A stretch of DNA of 64,000 nt. Origin: Diplonema japonicum (Eukaryota > Protista > Euglenozoa: Diplonemea). The translations under genes were made by a program, and so were the position numbers. The notes below the pieces were generated by a model that was not told the DNA's origin, made no database searches, and saw only the letters and a list, made by a program, of their open reading frames with translations. Shown piece after piece: positions 54,593 to 64,000 of this stretch (its first letter is position 1; every line of letters starts with the position of its first letter). The DNA lies in NCBI GenBank assembly GCA_964019335.1, contig OZ025692.1:124001-188000 (forward strand), in the 5' to 3' direction.

Positions 54593-54922
54593 AAAGTAAA
54601 ACCAACAAAAATAAAAAGTTGAATTTAAAGAAAAGAGGGGAAAAATAAAAAAAGCATGAAAAAAAAAAAAAAAGATCCCCTTCTTTCTAAGCTCTCCTCC
54701 CTTTTTTTTTTTTTTTTTTGGAATAGATGGAGGAGACAAAAAAAAAAAGAAATACCCCTATGTCGTCCCTCCCTTCCAGCTACACCGCTACCGAGATTCT
54801 TTTAGCTGTTATTACTCACGAATTGTCATTAGAAAAAAAAAAGAACTGTCACACCCCCCCTCTTACCCCCTGTACAAAGGACACTTTGTCATCCTCCCTC
54901 TTATCTATGTTTTCTCTTTTTT

Positions 54923-54973
<51 letters not shown>

Positions 54974-55238
54974 ATTAACTCATATGCAGGGTATAGATCT
55001 TTTCTTTATATTTCTTGATAAAAACCTTCGTTTTCCGTTTCACGAACCTTGACCTCCCCCCCCCCCCCCCCCCCCACTCTTTCCCAGTGCACACGATACA
55101 TAACATATTGTAAGAGTGGCCCCTACTGAAAGGCGGGTTTACACTTATAATAAAAGAAAAAAAGAAAAAAAGAAAAAATTAATCCCACGTGGGTGACCCT
55201 CCTGGCGGGGTCTTTCCCTCCTCCCTTGGAATGGATGT

Positions 55239-55269
<31 letters not shown>

Positions 55270-55757
55270 AAAGGAGCGCAAAGAAAACGACAGTGTTAAA
55301 TTATAGCTCATTTGGCAGCAAGTTTTTTTTTTTTTTCTTTTCTTTTTTTTTCTTTTTTTTTTTGTTCTTCCTTTTTGATTTTCTTTTTTTTTCTCTTTGA
55401 GCGCGATTTTCTTTTTTTTAGTTCGAAAAAAGTGAAGAAAAAAATGACGCATAAGTTTGTCAAAAGAAAAAAAAAAGAGTCGGTTGATCGTTGTTTGTGC
55501 ACAGCCAGGGGTTAACCTGTAGAAGGATACGCCCAACAATGCTACCACTCTACTCTTTTTAGACAATATTCTTTTGTTCATATGCGGGGGGGGGGGGGGG
55601 GGGAACATTTTTCAAAGGGTGTTCACCTCAAAGGAAAGCTACCCTAAAAATATTTCTTCTATTTTTTGCGGTGCCTGCGGCAGTCTGGTGGGTTTGCCCG
55701 GGCGAGGATATGCGTCCCTTATTATTGCCATGTGCCACGGCTGCACTCAGGTTTCTC

Positions 55758-55801
<44 letters not shown>

Positions 55802-56581
55802 AGAAGAACGAAGAAAGAGAGGACAAAACGGTTTGTACAATCAAGGGGGAAAGCAAAATGGCGGTTTTTTTGTTGCTGTTTTGAGCAAGGTTTCCCCGAA
55901 GACGTTGTCCGTGACGGGCTGAAGGCGGAAAAAAACTCAAATTAACGCGCAAGCTCCATGAAAAAAACAAAAGAAGAAGATGAAGATGAAGAAGAAGAAG
56001 AAAAAGGAAACAAAAGCCAAACTGCTGCCCCCTTCGATGTTTCACTCCCCCCCCCCCCCCCCCCCCGCCTAACGACACCTCCCGATTAGCGGTAAAGAGG
56101 GAGGGCCGAAGGGAATAATAGCAAGGGTCAACTGGAGCAAAAAAAAAAAAAAAAAAAAAAAAAAACACTAATTCGGGATTTCTTTTCTCGTTGGGAAACG
56201 AAGGTGAGGTGGGGAGGGGGTGAAGGGGGGGGAAAAAAAGAAGAAGAAACAGTGCCATAACGAGTCAGTTGGTCTGCGGAACTGAACCACATCGTTTCTC
56301 TTTCTTTTTTTTTTAAAGTCTTTTTGTTCTGATCTGCTTCTGTGTTTCCAAAAAAAACAAAAAAGAAGAAGAGGGAAGAGAATGGGGGGGGGGGGGGGGA
56401 GACAAACCAAAATATAAAAAAAATAATAATAACCGTAATAAAAAAATGAAAGAAATCCCGTAAACACCCCCGTCCAGTTTTTTTTTTTTTTCCCTCTTTT
56501 TTTTTTCTTCTAATTTATATTCGCGCACCTCGCCACCAGCAAAAAAAAGGGGGGGGGGGGGAAACCTCTCTCTTATGGCTT

Positions 56582-57768
56582 TCAACCGTCAGATATTGTG
56601 TCGGGGGGCAGGGTCGCAGATGCATTTTTCGCAAAGGGGACAGAAACAGAAACAGGAACAGGAACAGGAGATGCTGTCACAGGAAAAGAAGCGGCCGACA
56701 TGTTGCTGGCCGTATCATGACTTGTTGGAGAAAGAGAAGAATTAACATGCCGATAGACCACAGAGACCGGAACGGAGGTACCATTTCCGTTGCTTGTGAC
56801 ATTGGTGCTGCTACCATTATGAGGGATAGCGGTGGTGTTTTGAAGAGACGCCAAAGGCGAGGTCCCATTTAGGGAAGCCTTCTCCGATATTTTTTTCAAC
56901 CTTGCCTGTTTGGCAGTGTGAGCACCAAGGTGCGCAATATCGACCTTTTGGATTTCCTGTATTTTCTTTTTTTTTTTTTTTTTTTTTTTTTATTTTGCAC
57001 ATACGGATGACTTGACCTTTGGCACCACCGCCGGTTTCTTACCCAACGTGCTTACAAACTGGACCTTCCATGAATCTTCTTCTTCTTCTGACGCCTTTTC
57101 TGCTCGTGACTGAATAATGCCCAAAGCGCCTATTTGCACGATTACGGTCTTCCCGATCATCACATCTATCTTCGACCGCACCGCCATTCCCTCAAGAAAC
57201 ACCTGCGGCCTGTGGGCCATTTTGTACGCGGGTGAGATGGTAAACGGCAGTACTCTGCGTCTTCTTTCCACTTCGACCTGCTGTTGTTTCTCTTGAAGCC
57301 TGGCATGTGCCCTTTCCAGCTCTTCTATTCGTTGCGACAGCTTCTGCTGCTGGTTCCCTTCTTTGAAATGCTCTTGTTGTAGAATCTCGCGTAGTCTGTC
57401 TGTCTCTGCCTTATCAATCTCTCTAGTCTTATCTTTCAGGGCGTTTTTCTTGATCTCCTGTGCCAAGCGTGTCCGCACGTCTTCTAGTTCGTGTGCAGGG
57501 GGAGCATGCGTTGTGGGTGTTGGGGTTGTGGCTGTCGTTGATTTCCTTCCTGGAATGGGTTTTTTAGCCTTTGTTGTCGTTTCAGATCGTGGTTCTGGTG
57601 GTGTGTGCAAAGCGGCCCCTACTCTTACCCCGTCCTCTGGCTTCACCACGGTGCCCATGAGTACCACGCAGCACAGTATCACGCCACCCAAAAACGCCCC
57701 CACTATTGCTCCTTTGAAGCCCTGCCGCCGTATCCACACAGGTAGCCCTGCAGCCGCTGTTTTCGTCC

Positions 57769-57801
<33 letters not shown>

Positions 57802-57923
57802 CTTTTTGGAGTTTTGTAATACCGAAACGGCGTCTCTCTAGTAAGCTGCTGCGGGCTCCTTAATCCTCTCGTGTTCCTCGGGTCAAAGGGACCCAAGGTA
57901 GGCGTCCTATGTAGGTGCTGCAT
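56582..57923 (-). CDS. Hypothetical type II membrane protein with a coiled coil and Ser/Thr/Asn-rich tail (3 exons)
   Basis: ATG 57923. Poly(A) introns 57771-57822 and 56957-57004 join three ORF-track pieces in frame. Confidence 0.68.
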
Positions 57924-58161
57924 TAGCCTACGCCCCAAGGGCACCCATCAACACCTATTTCTTTTTTTTTTTCTTTATTCTTTTTTCTTTTTTTGTTATT
58001 TTCTTTCCTTCTTTTTTTTTTTGAACAACACAAGAAAACAAAACAAAAAAGACTGGAGAACCGCACTTTCCCCCCCCCCCCTTTTTTTTTTACAAAAAAA
58101 AACGGAACTAACTTTTTTTTTTTTTTTCTTTCTTAAATCACATTTTGTTTCCCCCTTAAAC

Positions 58162-58684
58162 TCAAGCTTGGTGTGACAGCGTGACTTCTGTCTCTGGGCT
58201 GCTTACTGGCAAGGGAGAAGGGGACCCTTCTGGTGACATGTCAACATCAGCAGGCGAGTATGTAGGTGTGTTAATCTCTATCCGAGGGTCGCTCGAGATC
58301 TGAGGCGACGCGAAATCTGCAGCGTTAGGTTTGTAGCTGAAAGGATCGTTCTCATCGGCAGCCTGAGGTGGGACCGCTCCAGCATTCTGCAAGGGTGGTA
58401 CCTAGGGCAAAATAATAATATATTTCTTATGCATACTTTATGCCCCTCGTAAGGTCTTGGGCTTGCGTTTGTCTCGGAGGCCGCAGTGGCCCCGCCCATC
58501 ATGGCGTTGATTTTTTGCTGGTTGACCGACTGGCGCATCTCAGAGTCGCGCTGTTTGAAGTACGACCCTTTAATACTACCGAACTCATCCCTCATATCAT
58601 CGCATTGCGTTTGCAACCGTTTCACTTGGTCTTGGAAATGATGGAGGGAAACCTGCATGGCCTTCATCTGTTATTAGATATAAC

Positions 58685-58735
<51 letters not shown>

Positions 58736-61123
58736 TAATAATACCTGAGTAGTTTTCTTGGCCAGGTTTTCCTTGTAAACGTTTAGCTGTTCCGCGACTT
58801 CGGGGCCGGGCTGCCTGGAGAGGACGCCCTTCAGCTCAACGTACAGTGCTTCCTTCTCCGCGATCAGTTTTTCCTTTTCTCGAACTTCTTCGGTTTTCAC
58901 GATGAGCTGTTTTTGCAGCCCGTGGATTCTCTGCAGGGCTTCGTATGTTTGCGGTTCGGATCCCTCCATTTTGTGCCATCGGTGGACGTTGAGGGGGTTT
59001 TGGAGCTCTTCTGTGAGGGATTTGACCTTGGAGGTTTCGTATAAAAGAGTGTTGGATTTCGTGCTTATTTCCCGTTTTAAATGGTCGATCTTGGAGATGA
59101 AAGCGCGGATGGTTTCGAGCTCGCTACGTAACTGGCTGCTCTTTTCGCCGAGGCTGCGAAGGTCTAAAACCTTGTCGCGGTACTGTACATCTCCTTTATT
59201 CATGGTCGATTGCTGGATACGTATCCGTTCGTACAATTTTGCGAGTTCATCGTTACGTTTAATCAGCTGCGCGCCCAAAATGTCTCGTTCGTTCATCACG
59301 TTCTCATAGTCACGCTTTTGCTTAGCCTTTTCTGTGTCGGCCTCGTTGATTATCTCGTTAAGCTTGTTGATCTCGCTCGCGAGAGATGTTATCTTCCTGC
59401 TGTTCGCATCGATCATTGTAACGAATTTTTGCTTCCTCAACAAGTATCTCTTCTTTTCCGCCTCGAGCTTTGATTTTTGTATGTTCAGGTGTACCAAATC
59501 CTTTTCCTTCAGCTGGATTTCCTCCTTTAATTGCATGATGGAATGATTCATGATTTTAAAACGGCGTTTCATATCTTGGATATCCGCGTGGAGCTCCAAC
59601 AGATTCTTGGAGTACAGGTTTCGCTCGTTCAGAACCTGTTCGAAAAGAGATTGTTGCTGTTTCAATTTATGTTCGCTGTCTTGAATTGCTTTTTGACTTT
59701 CGTCGACCTTGCCTTCTAGAACCCTGACTTCTTCCATTGCCTTGATGTAGCGAGTGTGGGCTTCGGAAGCTTCTCTTTCGTAAAGACAGGTTTCGTGTTC
59801 TAGGTGGTATATTAGTTCACGTTGCTTGTGAGCGTGTTTTTCATATCCACGGATCTCTTGTTCGAGGTTTCGCTTGTGGTTTTCCTTGATGAGCATCCAG
59901 TCTGATTGCTTTTGGGTATCGCCTTGTGCTTTTAAGTAGTTTTTGTTTAAGATGTCTCGCTCGCGGGTCAAATCGTCGATTTGTTTCCTGTCGTTTTCCG
60001 ACGCGCGGCGGCCTGTTGAAATGTCCATTTCCTTTTTGTGGATTTCAAGTGCTAATGTGTTTCGAGCGTGTTCGACCTCCGCGCGTTGTTGTTCCAAAGC
60101 TCGATTTCTTTTTACAACCGCGTCCCGCATCTTTGTCAGCCTGGCGTGTTCGGCCCGCTGTTGAGAAATATCGTGTTCCTTCGCGCGAAGCTTTCCTTGC
60201 AGGTTTTGGTTCTCAGCTTTTACCGCGGATGTTTTTTCAATCTCCTGCTCCAGATCGTGTTGGTATTTCTGCGTTTTTTTGTTGATGCTTTCGTATTCTT
60301 TGATGGCTTTTTCCGTCGCAGCTTTCTGTTCTTCAAGCTGTTCGTCCAGCCTCGAAATCGCTTGAAGAGATTGGGTTAAAACGCTGTCGTTGGCTTTTAT
60401 TTGAGAATGGTGCTGAAGCAGCTCCGATTTTAAAACCTGCAGTTCCTTCTCCCAGTATTCCTTCCGTTGTTTTTCCTTTTCCAGTAGGTCGAGTTTTTCT
60501 TGTGTAACGCTGTTGACTTGTTGGATTACTCCGTCTTGCTTGTCTTTTTCCCCGACTAGGTTTTTCATCACTTCTTGATAATCTGCGATGTCGCCTTGTA
60601 TAGCTGCTAGTTGTGTTCTCTGTGTGTCGCGTTCTTTTTGTAGGTCCTCTCGGACTTTTGCGAGTTCTTGTAGAGCAGTGTCGTGACCGATTAGTCCTGA
60701 TACACCCTTTTCAACTTGTTTTTCCAGGTCTTTCAGTTCCATTCGAAGTCGTTTTATGTTTTCCTTTGCGGTGACTTCTTTTTCCACAGATTGTTCGAGC
60801 CTTGATTTTGCCTTGGCGATCTCCTTTCGGAGGGTGTCGATGGTGACCTGGTCGCCTTGTGACAGGTCCTCGGCGGTTTTAATCTTCGTCTGGCACGTGT
60901 GGATCTCGCCTTGGAGGTCCAGGCATTTTTTCACCATTCTCTTCTCGCCGTCGTTGAGCTTCAGGAACGAGGCGTGCAGGGTGTCGTACTCCTTCCTGAA
61001 CACCTCCAGCGTGTCGTCGCCCTCCAGCTCCAACAAGACCTCTTGGAACTGCCGCTCGCATTGTTCAAACCCTGCATTCTGCTGCTGGATCTTCTCGAAT
61101 TGCTCGTCGTCTACCTTCAACAT
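58162..61123 (-). CDS. CFAP58: Cilia- and flagella-associated protein 58
   Basis: Long coiled coil with ERDILGAQLIKRNDEL..LYE.I.IQQS.MNKG..QY, NPLNVHRW and LSRQPGPEVAEQL; introns 58668-58744 and 58402-58436. Confidence 0.9.
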
Positions 61124-61387
61124 TTCCAACCTGTTCGCGTGAGTGTGTCGGGGGGGGAAAAAAAATAATAATAATTAATAATGGGAGTGATAACACTGAC
61201 AAACAAAAAAAAAAAAAAAAAAAAAAAAAAGGGACCGCAACGCAATCCCGTTAAAACCGCCCTGCTCAGAGGGCCTTTTTTTTTTTTTTTTTTTTTTTTT
61301 TCAATTAGATTTTTTTTTCATTCTTTTTTTTTTATTTGGGTATTTATTTCTCCCCCCCCCCCGTCCCCACCCGATCCATTGGCATCC

Positions 61388-62473
61388 CTACTTCACGACG
61401 GGTTTCAAGATATTTGTGATCCTTTCTTTTTTCTCGACGTTCGAGGTGAGCGCTGTTTCGTAGACCTCCCTGCAGAGGGACGTGGCGTAGGAGTCGCCCT
61501 TCAACGCGTAAGGTGTGGCGGTGGCGGCGACTGTTTGCAGCAGAAGCGAAGCGTCTTTAACATCATGCCCGGAAGCGGTGAACCGATGTAATGTGTCACC
61601 CGACCCCCGCACGTCCTTTGTCCCATTGAACGCAACGGCAAGACCTTCATAACAGGTGGTATCAGTCTGATCTAATTTCTCAGCATGGCGAACAACCTGC
61701 CCCGCACCTCGCGTGTCTGCAGCAATACCGCAGGCCCATGATAAAGATCCGTTAACGTCGGACCCCGAACAGTCGCCCAAGCCTTGTCGTTCCATTCTCT
61801 TTAGTATTTTCCAAGCTTCCATACCGCCTTTGCTGCCTTTTGCTACGTCAATGTAATTTTCCCGATGTTCCTCAAAACCCAGCTCCGGCAGCTTGCCTAG
61901 AAGTGCCCGCGCGAATCGGTTAGTTTTCTCGCCTGACAGCTTGTGAAACGTCTCGTCCATGAACGCTTTATCGTCGGCGTTCGATGCTGCAAAATGCTTC
62001 ACAGCTTGCAGTGCTAACATGTTTTCACCTGTTGCGGCGTAGCCCGCGATGACCTCCCGCGCGGTGTTCCCCGATACGTTCACTCCGGTGTTTTGCATTT
62101 TTTCGAGTGTGGTGCCAGCCTCGTCCATGGCGCCGATTCGTGACATTGCTGTCACCATGGCGTTGTGTGTCAGGGGGCCGATCTCTGCTTTCATGTCAGT
62201 CATCATAAAGAAGCACTCCCATAGGGATCGTGGGGTGATGGCGGTGTCTGCTTGGTCTAACCGGTTTAATATGAATTCGCCGCATTTTTGGTCCGACCAG
62301 CAGTTGTACCACTTAGCTTGCGTTTGTTTTTGTTGTTTTTGTTGTTTTTGTTGCTTTTGTTGTCGTTGTTGAAGTCTCTTGGCGGGTTGCTTTCGGGCCG
62401 TATTTTGTTTAACTCCTTTTGCAGCCGCTGTCCATGGTGCTCTTGCCCCGCCTAGAACTACAACTCTGCTCAT
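61388..62473 (-). CDS. PPR-like helical repeat protein, probably mitochondrial
   Basis: THNAMVTAMSRIGAMDEAGTTLEKMQNTGV and following degenerate ~35-aa units; basic N-terminus; likely ATG 62473. Confidence 0.65.
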   Translation of the reverse strand: MSRVVVLGGARAPWTAAAKGVKQNTARKQPAKRLQQRQQKQQKQQKQQKQTQAKWYNCWSDQKCGEFILNRLDQADTAITPRSLWECFFMMTDMKAEIGPLTHNAMVTAMSRIGAMDEAGTTLEKMQNTGVNVSGNTAREVIAGYAATGENMLALQAVKHFAASNADDKAFMDETFHKLSGEKTNRFARALLGKLPELGFEEHRENYIDVAKGSKGGMEAWKILKRMERQGLGDCSGSDVNGSLSWACGIAADTRGAGQVVRHAEKLDQTDTTCYEGLAVAFNGTKDVRGSGDTLHRFTASGHDVKDASLLLQTVAATATPYALKGDSYATSLCREVYETALTSNVEKKERITNILKPVVK

Positions 62474-63270
62474 GTTTAAATTCCCCTCCCTCCTCTCTCC
62501 CAACCTTTTCACTTTTTTTTTCTCCTTCTTGTATTGGGTATTTTCTTTTTTTTCTTTTTTTTACGGCAATGTAAAGAATAATAAAAAAAAAGCGAAACAA
62601 AAAAAAGCGAAACAAAAAAAGGAGAATTCCTCCCCCCCCCCTCCCCTTTTCCATTCTTTTTTTGTTCGTTTTTTGTCACATTTTTTTCCCCCATCCTCTC
62701 CCCCTTTTTTTTTTTTTTTTTTTTTTTTGCAATTCTGGTGGGATTGCAAAAGTAAAAAGATATCCTTTCATATTTTTCAGGTGTATAAGGGTTTCAAAAA
62801 AGGAGGGGTTACAAGAAAATATTTTTTTTTTTCAAGACTCAAGAATAGAGAGGAATAGGGAGGGAACGCGGAAAAAAAAAAAAAGCAGCATGAACTCGCA
62901 CCACCACAATAAAAAAGGATAAAAAAAAAGAACGGAAGGAAAACTCAAAAGAAAGGGAATCGGCACACACAAAAAAAAAAAAAAAAGAGGAGGAACAAAC
63001 AAAAATCAAGTTGTTTTTTTTCCCCCCACAGTGCGGGGTTTTTTTTATTTTTTTTTTTTTCCAATCAAACATTACTCCTTTTTTTTCTCCCCCTCCCCCA
63101 GTAAAAAAATAAAAAACGAGAGAATTATTTGATCACCACTTTTCTTTCCCTTTTTTTTTTAAAAAAAATATTTTAGACCCCCCCCAGGAAGAAACAAAAA
63201 GAAACAAAAATAGGGGGGAGAGGGAGGGAAAAAAAATCCCCCCCCCTTCTCTCTCTCTCTCTCTCTCTAT

Positions 63271-64000
63271 CTAGAGCTTCGAGTCGGACATATCCTTCTT
63301 CACCTTGCGTACATCACCCCTTTGGAAGGTAAAATTGTTGAGCGTGGTGGTCTTAGGAGCAAGCAAACGGGGAGGCTCGAATGTAGGGTCGAATCTGTAA
63401 ATAGCAAGATCTTCCTTGGTAAGGTTGAAGCGTTGCATCAAAGCGTCGTCATCGATCAGCTGTTGCCCGTTGCAAGTGGGGTCGGAAACAATGGCGAGAA
63501 CGCAGTCCGACAGGATACTGGCCTTCCTCCACAATTTTGTGTCCCCAAGCTTGAAATTCTTCGATGCTTGCGACTCAATAACCGTAGCAGGCCACAGTGA
63601 GTTTCCTGTGATACCATTTGCCTCGCCCTCTGCTGCAGCACCCATTGCCACCATGGTCATTCCAAACTTCGACATGTTGTAAGCAGTGAACCCCTTGAAT
63701 CTTTTGTAGTCACTCTCAATAGGAGGCGACATTGTAATGACACGGCCCCACTTCTGCTTCATCATGTGAGGGATGCACAATTTTGTCAGGATGAACGATC
63801 CACGGGCGTTAATCTGGTTGATAAGGTCGTACTTGTTAACAGGGGTGTCTTCAATGGTGTGCCACCAGAGAGCCGAGGCGTTGTTGATGACAATGTCAAT
63901 GCGGCCGAAGTGTGCGATGGTGTTTTCCACGCAGGCTGCAATGCTTTTCTCATCTTTCATGTCGACCTTGCAGGGGAGGGCGTCGGGCCCCAGGGCCTTC
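63271..64000 (-). CDS. HSDL2-like short-chain dehydrogenase/reductase, 5'-partial
   Basis: FGRIDIVINNASA, INARG, YNMSKFGM (YxxxK) and NSLWP; the frame stays open beyond the window end. Confidence 0.88.
   Translation of the reverse strand, partial: KALGPDALPCKVDMKDEKSIAACVENTIAHFGRIDIVINNASALWWHTIEDTPVNKYDLINQINARGSFILTKLCIPHMMKQKWGRVITMSPPIESDYKRFKGFTAYNMSKFGMTMVAMGAAAEGEANGITGNSLWPATVIESQASKNFKLGDTKLWRKASILSDCVLAIVSDPTCNGQQLIDDDALMQRFNLTKEDLAIYRFDPTFEPPRLLAPKTTTLNNFTFQRGDVRKVKKDMSDSKL

Noticed and set aside
54422-56585. Lys/Phe/Gly/Pro-rich ORFs in spacers (also at ~14, 17, 20, 25-26, 29, 31 and 62 kb)
   Set aside because: They are translations of homopolymer tracts.
56817-57002. Thioredoxin/PDI-like YCAPWCSHCQ in an ORF-track peptide
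   Set aside because: It lies in an alternative frame. Phase-0 splicing at 56957-57004 uses a different frame, and no thioredoxin fold surrounds the motif.
1-64000. Numerous plus-strand ORFs (e.g. 4720-5553, 21350-22375, 42996-43634)
   Set aside because: They are antisense shadows of minus-strand genes with no recognisable motifs.
1-64000. tRNA, rRNA or spliced-leader RNA genes
   Set aside because: No cloverleaf, rRNA or SL signature was recognised by eye; a covariance-model search would be needed to exclude them.

Overview
Eukaryotic nuclear DNA, most consistent with a euglenozoan of diplonemid type; this is inferred from the architecture and is not a taxonomic identification. About 35 protein-coding genes all lie on the minus strand, some only ~50 bp apart, which fits one polycistronic unit resolved by trans-splicing. 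Many genes contain short GT-AG introns that the ORF track misses. I reconstructed 20 of them (mostly 30-60 nt, usually GTATG donors), several made largely of sense-strand poly(A) with no polypyrimidine tract. Recognisable products are NSUN6-like methyltransferase, cyclin L, metacaspase, AGC kinase, CSN4, SKP1-like protein, SP-RING SUMO ligase, C45 peptidase, nucleotide-sugar transferase, subtilisin-EGF-CUB membrane protease, TMEM164, RPL35, two soluble GAF-GAF adenylate cyclases, GH113, SGNH hydrolase, TMEM128-like protein, carboxylesterase, ZNF207/BuGZ, CFAP58, a PPR-like protein and an HSDL2-like SDR. Intergenic DNA is rich in homopolymers and holds at least four inverted-repeat (MITE-like) elements plus a ~60-bp motif repeated three times downstream of genes. 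The most notable items are a probably mitochondrial chymotrypsin-fold protein with Cys at the nucleophile position, a bacterial UrtA-type binding domain inside a secreted Cys-rich protein, mosaic cyclase paralogues with a candidate heme His, and the poly(A) introns. No tRNA, rRNA or CRISPR array was recognised.
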